From an uncultured Planctomycetia bacterium (GTDB taxonomy: Bacteria > Planctomycetota > Planctomycetia > CAXEIY01), in assembly GCA_963996245.1 (NCBI GenBank), contig CAXEIY010000213.1:1371-65370 (forward strand): a DNA stretch of 64,000 bases. The letters are read 5' to 3'. The notes beneath the pieces are model-generated. The model worked only from the letters and a program-made list of their open reading frames with translations, searched no databases and was not told where the DNA came from. The stretch's first letter is position 1. Each line of letters starts with the position of its first letter. Shown piece by piece: positions 10,329 through 20,565 of this stretch. The position numbers were made by a program, and so were the translations under genes.

Positions 10329-11132
10329 ATGCAAAATGCAGACGATTCACCCCGTTCTCTTGAATTCGTTTTCCTTGGTACAGGCACGTCCCATGGAGTA
10401 CCCATGATTGGTTGCAGGTGTCCGGTTTGCATCTCAACCAATCCTCGCAACAAACGGACACGCTGTGGTGTTGTTGTCAAAACACCCTCCGGGAATATCC
10501 TCATTGATACGCCACCAGAACTGCGATTGCAGTTGGTTCGCGAAGACATCAGAGTGATTCACTCCGTTTTGTACACACACAGCCATGCAGATCACCTGTT
10601 CGGTCTTGATGATATCCGTATCTTCCCCCACTACCTCGACCAACCCGTTCCCATCTATTGCGAATCGTCTGTTGAAACCCAGATACGACAATCTTTTTCC
10701 TATGCGTTCGACCCACTGACCAAACAAGTCCCCTCCGGGGGACTACCACAGATGGTATTTCGTAGCATTCAACTTGATCCCTTCGAAGTTTTGGGCTTAC
10801 CAGTTATACCGATTCGACTCGAACACGGACGATATCAGGTCCTTGGTTTTCGCATTGGAAATCTCGCATACTGTACAGACGTTAAGGTCATTCCGCCTGA
10901 AAGCTGGCCGCTTCTGGAAGGTCTCGACATTTTGATACTGGACGCGTTGCGGGAAAAACCCCATCCCACACACATGTGTATCGCGGAAAGCCTCGAAGTA
11001 GTTGAAAAAGTTCGTCCTAAACAGACGTATTTTACCCATATAGCACACCACCTCGACCACGATGCTACCATGGCTCAATTACCGGATGGGGTTGCTCTGG
11101 CATATGATGGGTTGTCTTTTCCATTTGCATAA
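10329..11132 (+). CDS. MBL-fold metallo-hydrolase (PhnP-like)
   Basis: The 'THSHADHLFGLDDIR' H.H.DH metallo-beta-lactamase motif is present, with an N-terminal Cys cluster 'CRCPVC'. Confidence 0.75.
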   Translation: MQNADDSPRSLEFVFLGTGTSHGVPMIGCRCPVCISTNPRNKRTRCGVVVKTPSGNILIDTPPELRLQLVREDIRVIHSVLYTHSHADHLFGLDDIRIFPHYLDQPVPIYCESSVETQIRQSFSYAFDPLTKQVPSGGLPQMVFRSIQLDPFEVLGLPVIPIRLEHGRYQVLGFRIGNLAYCTDVKVIPPESWPLLEGLDILILDALREKPHPTHMCIAESLEVVEKVRPKQTYFTHIAHHLDHDATMAQLPDGVALAYDGLSFPFA

Positions 11133-11317
11133 CGAATCAGAAATCGAATTCCCTTTTCCGAAGAACCCGTAACACCTATACCCATAATCCATTGTTACTT
11201 CGTGTGTCAGGAAAATATTCCGTTGTCACAAGAATGTAAGAACCCGACCAACATGTTTCATCTGTTAGATTTGGCACCTCAGCGAACAACTGGAAAACCA
11301 AAATAAGGAGAAGACGC

Positions 11318-12475
11318 ATGCCCCTGGAACGCAATGTCTCAAACCGCCGATCTTTCTTAACCCATACAGTGGGCCTTGCTGCACCGACCTTTTTGGCACA
11401 TCAGAGTGCCTACCCGGCCTTGGGGAAAAATACATCAAACCGTAGCTCCACTCCTGCTGTGGCTGCTAGAAAAACTTCGAATATTCGGATTGGTATTCGG
11501 ATTCACCAGGGATGGTTGAATAGTAAAAATGACAATGACCTTCTCTTTCTCAAACAAATCGGCGTAAATCACGTCGACATCACTTTAAATCTGATCAAAG
11601 GCTACCAAGAGAACGGAATTTTTACTAAAGACAATTTGCGCGCGCTCATTCGCAGGTTGGATGGCTCTGGACTCGTGATTGAACGCGCTAACTCACTGGG
11701 TAACCACTACCTGCATGCTCATCTTCATGATGCCCAGGGACAACGGGAAATAGATCACTTGAAACGAATTGGCGATATGCTTTCCGACTGCGAAATACCT
11801 GTCTACGGAATCCAGGCATGCCAGGCAGCCTCCCATGTAGAAAATTCAAGAGGTGGCTGGGTCTATGAAAAAGGTCGTGGCGGCTATCGTTTTCCATCAT
11901 TTGATGTCAAGCGTGCTCTATCTGCGGCACCTAAACCAAAATACCTCATAACCGCAGAACAGCTCTGGAAAGGGCTCCTCAATATTTACCGGCAGGTCAT
12001 ACCACATGTTGAGGGCAGTAAAACAAACATAGCCATGCATGGCAATGATCCGCCATTATATCACTACCTTGGTAACCCGCAGATTTTGTGTCGATTTGCA
12101 GACTTCGACCGTCTTTTCTCAGAAGTTCCAAGCTCTCATAATGGAATCACTTTTTGTGTGGGAACACGCTACGAGTCTGGCCAGAACATTCTTGATGGGA
12201 TCCGTCACTTTGGCAATCAAGGAAAACTATTCCATGTCCACTTTCGGAATGTCATAGGTACTCTGCCAAAAGATGGCCATTATTCGGAAGTTTTTGTTGA
12301 TGACGGTGATATCCGCATGCCGGATGTTTTGCGTGCGCTCCACGAGGTCGGTTATCAGGGAGTGATTGATTACGACCACCCCATGGGCATTACTGGAGAT
12401 GAGCCCTTACCTAAGCAGTACATCTCATTTTGCGTTGGTTATATGCGAGGCTTATTACAGAGCTTAGATCGTTAA
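11318..12475 (+). CDS. Xylose-isomerase-like TIM-barrel protein (UxuA / sugar phosphate isomerase-like) with Tat signal
   Basis: A Tat leader 'RRSFLTHTVGLAAPTF' is present. The C-terminal 'GYQGVIDYDHPMG' segment resembles the mannonate-dehydratase / AP-endonuclease-2 TIM-barrel metal site. Confidence 0.5.
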   Translation: MPLERNVSNRRSFLTHTVGLAAPTFLAHQSAYPALGKNTSNRSSTPAVAARKTSNIRIGIRIHQGWLNSKNDNDLLFLKQIGVNHVDITLNLIKGYQENGIFTKDNLRALIRRLDGSGLVIERANSLGNHYLHAHLHDAQGQREIDHLKRIGDMLSDCEIPVYGIQACQAASHVENSRGGWVYEKGRGGYRFPSFDVKRALSAAPKPKYLITAEQLWKGLLNIYRQVIPHVEGSKTNIAMHGNDPPLYHYLGNPQILCRFADFDRLFSEVPSSHNGITFCVGTRYESGQNILDGIRHFGNQGKLFHVHFRNVIGTLPKDGHYSEVFVDDGDIRMPDVLRALHEVGYQGVIDYDHPMGITGDEPLPKQYISFCVGYMRGLLQSLDR

Positions 12476-12573
12476 CACAAAACATAACGAACAAGTATTC
12501 CGTTCGGACAACTTTCGGCTTGTCCTGGGATAGACTACTACCGAATCCCTTTATCCACTTACGTATTTTCAAG

Positions 12574-13302
12574 ATGTTTATCATACCTGTTGTTGATCTA
12601 AAGAATGGCCAAGTTGTGCACGGGATAGCTGGACAACGGGATCAGTACCAACCTGTTCAAAGCGTGCTTACCTCGAGTAGCAAGCCCCTGGATGTCATTT
12701 GTGCTTTTGAAAAGCATTTCCGATTTCAAAACACGTATCTGGCTGATCTGGATGCGATTGAAGGTGGGCCGCCCGCTTACTCTCTCTATCAAGCGATTCA
12801 GGACCTGGGAACGCGCCTGTGGGTTGATGCCGGCATTCACAACCTCACCGACGCGCGAAACCTGATCCAATATGGTGTGGATCAAGTGATCGCTGGTCTA
12901 GAGACACTTTCCGATGCATCGATACTCGGGGAACTTGTCGCTGAAGTGGGTCCAGACCAACTTGTTTTCAGTTTAGATCTCAAATCCGGAAAACCGATGG
13001 GTGTCTCGACAGGCTGGAAAAGCCGAACTGTTCATGGGATGGTGGAACAGGCTGTAGATCTTGGAGTACGGAAGCTGATTGTTCTGGATCTATCCCGAGT
13101 GGGTGTTGATCAGGGAACGGGTACCTTGGACCTCTGCAGATGGATCAAGAACCACTTTCCTGATCTTGTACTTGTTTCGGGTGGAGGAATCCGCGACATA
13201 ACAGACCTGCAGGCTTTGTCAAAAACCGGTCTCGAAGCTGCGCTCGTCGCTTCTGCACTGCATGACGGCCGCATTGGAACTGCAGATCTTGCATTGATTT
13301 GA
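12574..13302 (+). CDS. HisA/HisF family (beta/alpha)8-barrel protein
   Basis: 'MFIIPVVDLKNGQVVHG' matches the HisA/HisF N-terminal phosphate-binding strand. C-terminal 'VSGGGIRD' matches the second phosphate-binding motif. The start was moved to the ATG at 12574, because the track ORF start at 12430 overlaps the upstream gene. Confidence 0.65.
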   Translation: MFIIPVVDLKNGQVVHGIAGQRDQYQPVQSVLTSSSKPLDVICAFEKHFRFQNTYLADLDAIEGGPPAYSLYQAIQDLGTRLWVDAGIHNLTDARNLIQYGVDQVIAGLETLSDASILGELVAEVGPDQLVFSLDLKSGKPMGVSTGWKSRTVHGMVEQAVDLGVRKLIVLDLSRVGVDQGTGTLDLCRWIKNHFPDLVLVSGGGIRDITDLQALSKTGLEAALVASALHDGRIGTADLALI

Positions 13303-13328
13303 ATTTCTTACGTACCGCAACGGACTTC

Positions 13329-13853
13329 CTAATCCGACCATTCACAAATCCCTCGTTGACCATAGCATTCATCCACGTCTACTCGAAGCATAGACGGATA
13401 AAAGTGTTTTTGCTCATCCAGCACCTGTTTCAACTGCAGGCCAATCCATTCTGCGAGTAATTCGGCAGTCGTGTTGGCAACCGGTAACAAGACACAGTCT
13501 TCTTCAGGAAAAACCCATCTGCGGTCTTGGAACTGAACCACTACTTCCTGCCCTTTTTCCGTCACCTGTATCCGTTTACTCCGTAATGGCAGCAGTACAT
13601 GATGATCCAGAATTCCCGTAATTTCACGCAATGTTTCGCGGAGCCAAATGAAATCAACGACATAAGAATTCTCATCCAGAGGCCCTTCGATCACAATTTC
13701 TGTTCGATAATTGTGTCCATGCAGTCGTTCGCACTCATTTTCATTAAAGGTAATAAAATGTGCTGCACTGAACACCAGATCATCTTTGGTTACCTTCACT
13801 TGATACCGAGGTAACTTGGTATCCATGACCGTAGAGCTTTTCAAACTTGACAT
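13329..13853 (-). CDS. 6-pyruvoyl-tetrahydropterin synthase family protein (PTPS/QueD-like)
   Basis: The 'CERLHGHNY' Cys..HGH zinc/catalytic motif is characteristic of the PTPS/QueD fold. Confidence 0.7.
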   Translation of the reverse strand: MSSLKSSTVMDTKLPRYQVKVTKDDLVFSAAHFITFNENECERLHGHNYRTEIVIEGPLDENSYVVDFIWLRETLREITGILDHHVLLPLRSKRIQVTEKGQEVVVQFQDRRWVFPEEDCVLLPVANTTAELLAEWIGLQLKQVLDEQKHFYPSMLRVDVDECYGQRGICEWSD

Positions 13854-14272
13854 GACACCCTCGTATATACAAACCTTATTAATATTTCAGACAAAAGCCT
13901 GGCCATAGTGCGCCGTATAGCCCCTTCCGTGAAAGGTTCCTCTCGGTTTCTGTAATCGCTTACCCGACTTGCCACTCGAAATACGGGTAGCAAACCCTAT
14001 CGTCGGTTATTTACTGAAATAGCCAAAACTGAATGCCTCATGTTCATCAATCGCTTTACCCTCTCACGGCATTCAGTCACTCATAACTGCATAGTTCTTA
14101 CGATTTATCGTAGCGAATCCCGTATCCTCCTCGTATCTTAATGACTATTACTGTACTACCAGCAGCGGAATGGGATTTCTTACTGCTCAGGGACATACTG
14201 GGTTGCTGGTAACTCAGTGATTTCCGTTCATAGCTTAATCCGTTCATTCATCCTCAATCCAGTCGCCACTTT

Positions 14273-15067
14273 ATGGTAATACCATCCGTTAAAAAAACCC
14301 GTGTCCTGGCCATTCATGCGCATCCTGACGACATTGAATTTCAATGCGCAGGCACATTGTCACTACTCCAGCGGGCCGGATGTCAACTTCATCTGACCAC
14401 CATGACTGCTGGTGATTGTGGATCAGCCGACTTAAAGCCGGAGGAAATTGCCCAAATACGGCGAGACGAAGCACGGCAATCCGCCTCCGTTATCGATGCA
14501 GAATACCAGTGTTTGGAATTCATGGACCTTTCTATTACAGCAGACACGACATCCCACCGTCGTGTTACGGAAGCCATACGAAAAACTCGACCTGACATTG
14601 TATTGACAGCCCCTCCAATCGACTACATGTCTGATCACGAAGTGACCAGTCGCCTGGTGCGAGATGCTTGTTTTAGCGCTTCAGTTCCCAATTTTTCAAC
14701 TCATCAGTGGGATCCATGTGCACCTCTTGAACATATTCCACATCTCTACTACATGGACCCGATGGAAGGCGTTGACTGGTTCAGAAATCCCGTAGAACCT
14801 GATTTTTACATCAATATTTCATCCACCTACGAACAAAAAAAACAGATGCTGGCCTGCCATAACAGCCAACGCACATGGCTACAAAAACAACACGGTATCG
14901 ATGAATATCTGAGCAGTATGCACCGTTGGTCCTCACAGCGTGGCAAAGAAATTCGGGTGCCTTTCGCTGAAGCATTCCGTCAGCACACGGGCCATCCTTA
15001 CCCGCAAGACAACCTTTTACTCGCTCTTGTCTGTCAGGATGGAAAGGGGAAAACGGAACAAACTTAG
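14273..15067 (+). CDS. PIG-L family deacetylase (LmbE/BshB/MshB-like)
   Basis: An N-terminal 'VLAIHAHPDDIEF' zinc-binding motif is typical of PIG-L/LmbE N-acetylglucosaminyl deacetylases. Confidence 0.8.
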   Translation: MVIPSVKKTRVLAIHAHPDDIEFQCAGTLSLLQRAGCQLHLTTMTAGDCGSADLKPEEIAQIRRDEARQSASVIDAEYQCLEFMDLSITADTTSHRRVTEAIRKTRPDIVLTAPPIDYMSDHEVTSRLVRDACFSASVPNFSTHQWDPCAPLEHIPHLYYMDPMEGVDWFRNPVEPDFYINISSTYEQKKQMLACHNSQRTWLQKQHGIDEYLSSMHRWSSQRGKEIRVPFAEAFRQHTGHPYPQDNLLLALVCQDGKGKTEQT

Positions 15068-15234
15068 ATATCCGTTACCGCCATTCTTTTTTATTTAGTT
15101 AAAGAATCATTCCCCCACCAAAACAATCCGCTAAACTGACAACCTGGTCCCATTGAGTCCTTCTGTATATCCATTTGCAGGAATGACCGCATTCAGAAAC
15201 TCCCTTTTTTCTCAGGTGGCTGGAACCCGTAACG

Positions 15235-15627
15235 ATGGCCTTTGTCCTATCTCCTTTAAACAGTGACGGGCCCACAATTCCCGTTGACAAGCCAATCCTG
15301 GTTGTGGGACGCCATGTGGATTGTGACGTTTCCCTGAATGCATCGAAAGTCTCTCGTCGCCATTGCTGTATTGGCCAAATTGGAGAGTCACTCGTCATCA
15401 AAGATCTCGGTAGTACTAACGGTTTCAAAATCAATGGAAAAGCTATGATAGAAGCAGTACTTCATGTGGATGACAAACTGACTATCGCTCATTTCACCTG
15501 GACAGTGGGAAAAGTTTCCACGCCTTCCCGAACGCAATCCAAACCGGATGTTCTTACATCGGATAAACCCATTCCCGTTTCCGATGCAGAACTTAATTTT
15601 GAAGGTTTTGATCCCCACCGAGAATAG
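15235..15627 (+). CDS. FHA domain protein (stand-alone)
   Basis: 'ILVVGRHVDCDVSL..KVSRRHCCI......VIKDLGSTNGFKINGK' is the canonical FHA core (GR...SR.H...STNG). Confidence 0.8.
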   Translation: MAFVLSPLNSDGPTIPVDKPILVVGRHVDCDVSLNASKVSRRHCCIGQIGESLVIKDLGSTNGFKINGKAMIEAVLHVDDKLTIAHFTWTVGKVSTPSRTQSKPDVLTSDKPIPVSDAELNFEGFDPHRE

Positions 15628-15844
15628 CGTGTGTCTCTTTTAAGACTCGGATTACCAGTCGTTTTGCTTTTGGAACCCAATCGCCCCGCTGTCGACGGGA
15701 CGGACTCCCTTTTCAATCTGTATGGAAAACGAAGTCCGGTTTCCACTTCGTAACCACTTAACCATGATTTTTTATACTTTACCCACTATGCTAATATCCA
15801 GTTTGATTAAGTCATTGTCATGTCAATCACATTGAGTTACGACT

Positions 15845-16318
15845 ATGGACAAGCAAGATGTCGGCCCGGCTCTGGGAAAAATTGTAAGTGGTATTTATAT
15901 TCTTACGGCAAAACATGCATCAAACGAAACCGGGATGCTTGCCTCATGGGTTCAGCAGGCCGGCTTTGATCCCCCTGCGATTACTGTCGCCATTAAAAAA
16001 GGCCGATATGTTGTTGATTGGATTAACGATGGAGCGCCGTTTGTCGTTAACGTTCTGTCCGATGAAAACAAGCAAATGCTTGCTCACTTTGGCAAGGGTT
16101 TTCCTGAAGGTGATCCGGCATTTGAAAGTCTTCTGATTCGCCGATCCAATCAGGGTATCGCCCTCCTTTCAAGTGCCTTGGCCCACATTGAATGCCAGGT
16201 TATCAGTCAACTTGAAAGCTCCGATCATCACATTTTCCTAGCCGAAGTAGTCAGTGGGGCACTACAGAACGAAGGCATCCCTATGACTCATGTGCGCAAG
16301 AATGGATTCCATTACTAG
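15845..16318 (+). CDS. Flavin reductase family protein (NADH:FMN oxidoreductase-like)
   Basis: At 157 aa, 'LGKIVSGIYILTAKH...GMLASWVQQAGFDPPAITVAI' matches the flavin_reduct split-barrel domain. Confidence 0.7.
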   Translation: MDKQDVGPALGKIVSGIYILTAKHASNETGMLASWVQQAGFDPPAITVAIKKGRYVVDWINDGAPFVVNVLSDENKQMLAHFGKGFPEGDPAFESLLIRRSNQGIALLSSALAHIECQVISQLESSDHHIFLAEVVSGALQNEGIPMTHVRKNGFHY

Positions 16319-16401
16319 TTATCTTCTGTTGATTACCAACCACTCAGGACGTTACACACACGCTTCCATCTGTGAATCGTTTGCATTTTTCGAGGTTTAA
16401 C

Positions 16402-17844
16402 ATGGCCCTTTCCACCTCTTTGTCTGGTGAACTCTGCAAACTCCTCGGTGAGGAGGCCGTCCTTTCTTCTGAAGACGAACTCCTGGTATATGAATGTGAT
16501 GGCTATGTCGTTGAAAAAAATCGCCCTGATCTTGTAGTATTTCCAGAGTCCACGCAGCAGGTTTCCGATATCGTCAGGCTTTGTAATGAGAACCATGTTC
16601 CATTTCTTCCAAGAGGTGCCGGAACCAGTCTCGCCGGTGGCTGTCTGCCCGTTGGTGGCGGCGTTATGATATCGTTAACCCGGATGAAGCGCATTCTGGA
16701 AGTTAATCTGCGTGATCGCTACGCCATCGTGGAACCCGGCCTGGTGAATCTTCATCTTTCACAACATCTTCGTGGTACCACCTATCATTACGCACCGGAT
16801 CCATCCAGCCAAGGTTCTTGCACCATCGGTGGTAATATCGCTACGAACTCTGGGGGACCTCACACTCTTAAATACGGTGTTACGGTTAATCATGTTCTTG
16901 GTATGGAACTGGTGCTACCAAACGCTGAGATTATACAGACCGGTGGAATTTCAGAGGACAATCCCGGATACGATATAACGGGAGTCCTTGTCGGTTCAGA
17001 AGGAACATTTGGAATCTGTACCCAAGCAATTGTACGGATAACCCGTGATCCCGAAAGCTGTAGAACCATGCTGGCAGTCTTTGAGTCAGTTGACGACGCG
17101 ACAAACACAATCAGTGATATTATTGCCAGCGGCATCATCCCTGCTGCACTTGAGATGATGGACCAGGGAATACTGGTAGCGCTGGAGGACGCATTTCACA
17201 TCGGTTTTCCACTTGATGCAGAGGCTGTACTGCTGATTGAAGTCGACGGTCTCGAAGTCGGGATGGACAAAGAAGCTTCTCAGATCATGACCATCTGCAA
17301 TACCCATGATTGTCGTAGCGTGAAACTTGCCAAGAATGCCGCAGAGCGTCAACAGCTATGGAAATGTAGAAAACAGGCTTTTGGTGCTGTTGGCCGACTT
17401 GCTCCAAGTTATTGCACACAGGATGGTGTCGTGCCACGCACCAAATTGCCTGAGGTCCTGAAAACGATTACTCAAATCGGACAACAGTTCGATGTTCGTA
17501 TCGTTAATGTATTCCATGCCGGAGACGGAAATCTTCACCCTATTGTGCTGTTTGATGAACGGAATTCAGATCAAACAAAGCGTGCATTAGCCGCCAGCAA
17601 TGCGATTCTGGACGAATGCATCCGTGTTGGAGGAAGTGTCACCGGTGAACATGGAATTGGCGTAGAGAAAATCGATTTTATGCCCAAACTATTTTCGCCT
17701 ACCGACCTCTCAACCATGATGAAATTACGAGATGCCTTCAATCCCGACAATCGTCTCAGCCCTAACAAAATGCTCCCCACTTCCGCTGGATGCAGCATGG
17801 AATCAATTGAACAAATAAAACCCGGACGTCGTGCGGCTCTCTGA
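16402..17844 (+). CDS. FAD-linked oxidase (GlcD / D-lactate dehydrogenase family)
   Basis: A FAD-binding PCMH domain ('FLPRGAGTSLAGG', 'AIVEPG') is followed by a C-terminal FAD-oxidase domain ('TGEHGIGVEK'). The start was set at the ATG at 16402, which is preceded by GAGG. Confidence 0.8.
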   Translation: MALSTSLSGELCKLLGEEAVLSSEDELLVYECDGYVVEKNRPDLVVFPESTQQVSDIVRLCNENHVPFLPRGAGTSLAGGCLPVGGGVMISLTRMKRILEVNLRDRYAIVEPGLVNLHLSQHLRGTTYHYAPDPSSQGSCTIGGNIATNSGGPHTLKYGVTVNHVLGMELVLPNAEIIQTGGISEDNPGYDITGVLVGSEGTFGICTQAIVRITRDPESCRTMLAVFESVDDATNTISDIIASGIIPAALEMMDQGILVALEDAFHIGFPLDAEAVLLIEVDGLEVGMDKEASQIMTICNTHDCRSVKLAKNAAERQQLWKCRKQAFGAVGRLAPSYCTQDGVVPRTKLPEVLKTITQIGQQFDVRIVNVFHAGDGNLHPIVLFDERNSDQTKRALAASNAILDECIRVGGSVTGEHGIGVEKIDFMPKLFSPTDLSTMMKLRDAFNPDNRLSPNKMLPTSAGCSMESIEQIKPGRRAAL

Positions 17845-18053
17845 AATTCAGGCTTCCTGGAGAACTTCCTTCTGAACCATTCCACTCAAACAAGTCCACC
17901 CGTTGAGATGCTCTCCACTTCGTGAACCTTGACCGTTAGCGAACCTGGACCTAGAATTTCGTTGTGTTCAATCCGGTCACAAACGTCCCGGGAAAAACAG
18001 CCATTCGGAAATTTTGATGCCAACTGCCACAGCCTACTGGAGGAATCCCACAC

Positions 18054-19007
18054 GTGTCAAATCACGACAAGATCGTTGACAATATCACACAAGTGATCGG
18101 AAATACCCCACTTATTCGACTGCAAAAGATCACCGGGGAATGCAAAGCATCGGTTGTCGCTAAAGTAGAAAACATGAATCCCTTATGGTCTGTGAAAGAT
18201 CGTATTGGAAAAGCGATGATCGATGCAGCTGAACGAGACGGAAAAATTCAGGCTGACACCACCATCATTGAACCAACAAGCGGCAACACGGGTATTGCAC
18301 TTGCTTTTACCTGCGCAGCCCGAGGTTACAAGCTCATGGTAACGATGCCTGAAAGCATGAGTGTTGAACGCCGAAGATTACTCAAGGCATTGGGTGCAGA
18401 GGTTGTCTTGACGCCTGCCGCTAAAGGGATGCCTGGCGCTGTTCGTCACGCCGAAGAATTAGCGGCCAGTGATCCAACTTTTTTCATGCCTCAGCAATTT
18501 AACAACCCTGCGAATCCGGAAGTACACCGGCAAACCACTGCTGAAGAAATATGGAACCATACGGATGGATCCTGCGACATTCTTGTGTCTGGCGTCGGTA
18601 CGGGAGGAACGATTACAGGTGTTGGAGAAGTCATTAAATCTCGTAAACCTGAATTTCAATGCATCGCTGTCGAACCTGCAAAATCACCCGTTATTTCACA
18701 AACACGTTCCGGAAATGAACTACAACCTGGTCCACACAAAATTCAAGGCATCGGCGCAGGTTTTATACCGGGTGTCTTCAATGTTGATATTGTCGATGAC
18801 GTAGTCCAAGTAACGGAAGAAAATGCATCGGATACCGCACGAAGACTGGCTACAGAAGAAGGTATCTTTTGCGGTATTTCCTCCGGTGCTGCATGTTGGG
18901 CAGCTATTCAAGTTGCGAATCGTGATGAAAATGAAGGAAAATTAATCGTCGTTGTTCTGCCCGATCTCGGAGAACGCTACCTTTCAACCGGACTGTATCC
19001 GGAATAA
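18054..19007 (+). CDS. cysK: Cysteine synthase A (O-acetylserine sulfhydrylase)
   Basis: 'IGNTPLIRL' and 'SVKDRIG' (PLP lysine) motifs are present, with 'GTGGTITG' and a C-terminal 'GISSGAA'. A GTG start is preceded by a GGAGGA ribosome-binding site. Confidence 0.9.
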   Translation: MSNHDKIVDNITQVIGNTPLIRLQKITGECKASVVAKVENMNPLWSVKDRIGKAMIDAAERDGKIQADTTIIEPTSGNTGIALAFTCAARGYKLMVTMPESMSVERRRLLKALGAEVVLTPAAKGMPGAVRHAEELAASDPTFFMPQQFNNPANPEVHRQTTAEEIWNHTDGSCDILVSGVGTGGTITGVGEVIKSRKPEFQCIAVEPAKSPVISQTRSGNELQPGPHKIQGIGAGFIPGVFNVDIVDDVVQVTEENASDTARRLATEEGIFCGISSGAACWAAIQVANRDENEGKLIVVVLPDLGERYLSTGLYPE

Positions 19008-19037
19008 CCGCTGTTTCGGAGTATTTCCAAGCATTAG

Positions 19038-20504
19038 TCAGATAAGCACATTCTTCACAACACTAGCTTTCGTGACCGGGGCATCTGTCAACGTTTCATC
19101 GCGACCTGAATGGCGGTAACTCAAACGTTCATGGTCCAACCCCATCTGATGCAATATTGTCGCGTGAAGATCGGGCACACTGACCGTGTTTTCAACCGAC
19201 CTGTAACCTATTTCATCCGTAGCCCCGTGAACATAGCCGGATTTAAATCCACCACCAGCCAAAAGCAGTGAAAAGGCATTCCGGTTATGATCACGACCTG
19301 TTCCATTCTGTGAAACCGGTAATCGTCCAAATTCACCAGACCAGATAACAATCGTCTGCTCCAGTAATCCTCGCTGTTTGAGATCTCGAATCAGCGCAGC
19401 AGCGGGTTGATCGGTCTCCCGGCAGATTGTATTCAAAGAGTCTTGTGTTGCTTTATGACTATCCCATGGCTGGAACGGTTTGGGATGCACCTGAACAAAA
19501 CGCACACCTGATTCCACTAGTTTTCTTGCCATCAGACAGCGTAATCCATACGGGCGAGTTTTTTCATCGTCCAGACCATATTGTCTTTGAACAACTTTCG
19601 ACTCTTTTGAAATATCCAAAAGATTTTCTGCCTCCAGTTGCATTCGGCCGGCCAGTTCATAATTCTGAATACGTGTTTCCAATTCATTTTCATGTGGATA
19701 CCGCTTCTGATACATACGATTGATGCGGTCTAGAAATGTTCTGTTTTCCTGTTGTATTTTATAAGACCTTTTCTTTGCAGATCGAAGATTTAACACAGCC
19801 TCACCCTGCGTGTTGAATTCCGTACCTCGAAACAAAGAAGGCATCCATCCTGAACTCCACGTGAGCGTTCCACTCGTGTTGTAACCACGCGGATCCCGAA
19901 GCACCACATACGCTGGAAGATTGCTATTCTCGGTACCCAGCGCATAGCTGATCCAAGACCCAAAAGACGGCCGTCCCTGAAAAATACGTCCCGTCATAAA
20001 CATAATCAGCGCTTCGGTATGGTTGTTGTGATCGGAATACATCGATCGAATCATGCACAGATCATCCGCAATTGCACCCAGCTCTGGAATTACATCTGCC
20101 ATGGGCATTCCGGATTTACCGCAACGCCGAAAAGAAAAAGGACTCGCCATTAATTCATTTTTCTCACTACCACTCTGAAACATCTCTACTTTGAATGAAT
20201 GCTGTTTACCGTTGTATTTCTGAAGTTCTGGTTTGGGATCAAACAGATCCATCTGGCTGGGACCACCATTCTGCATCAACAGAATGACGGACTTCGCCTG
20301 GCCTGCAAATGACGAGTGCTTTGGACGTAGATCAAAAGATGGAAACTGTGATCCGATATCGCTGGAATGTCCTCGGGACAATTCCTCACCGCGCATTACC
20401 TGTGCCACCAGATTTCCAAAACTCAATCCTGTCAAATGGAGCATCTGTCGCCGGGAAAGAGATCGGCTGCAGGACTGCCGACACAACGGATTTGAAAGCA
20501 CCAT
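19038..20504 (-). CDS. DUF1501 domain protein (sulfatase-like fold), Tat signal
   Basis: It has a Tat leader 'RRQMLHLTGLSFG' and the typical DUF1501 C-terminus 'GGGFKSGYVHGATDEIGY...PDLHATILHQMGLDHERL'. It is paired with the adjacent DUF1549/DUF1553 gene. Confidence 0.85.
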   Translation of the reverse strand: MVLSNPLCRQSCSRSLSRRQMLHLTGLSFGNLVAQVMRGEELSRGHSSDIGSQFPSFDLRPKHSSFAGQAKSVILLMQNGGPSQMDLFDPKPELQKYNGKQHSFKVEMFQSGSEKNELMASPFSFRRCGKSGMPMADVIPELGAIADDLCMIRSMYSDHNNHTEALIMFMTGRIFQGRPSFGSWISYALGTENSNLPAYVVLRDPRGYNTSGTLTWSSGWMPSLFRGTEFNTQGEAVLNLRSAKKRSYKIQQENRTFLDRINRMYQKRYPHENELETRIQNYELAGRMQLEAENLLDISKESKVVQRQYGLDDEKTRPYGLRCLMARKLVESGVRFVQVHPKPFQPWDSHKATQDSLNTICRETDQPAAALIRDLKQRGLLEQTIVIWSGEFGRLPVSQNGTGRDHNRNAFSLLLAGGGFKSGYVHGATDEIGYRSVENTVSVPDLHATILHQMGLDHERLSYRHSGRDETLTDAPVTKASVVKNVLI

Positions 20505-20565
20505 AAAAAGATCCTTGTGTTAACTTTTCCTAATCGATACGTACCGTTGCTTATTTTCAAACATG

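Noticed and set aside
16372-16401. Upstream ATG start for the FAD-linked oxidase
   Set aside because: The ATG at 16402 has a GAGG ribosome-binding site and yields the typical GlcD N-terminus. The upstream extension has no support.
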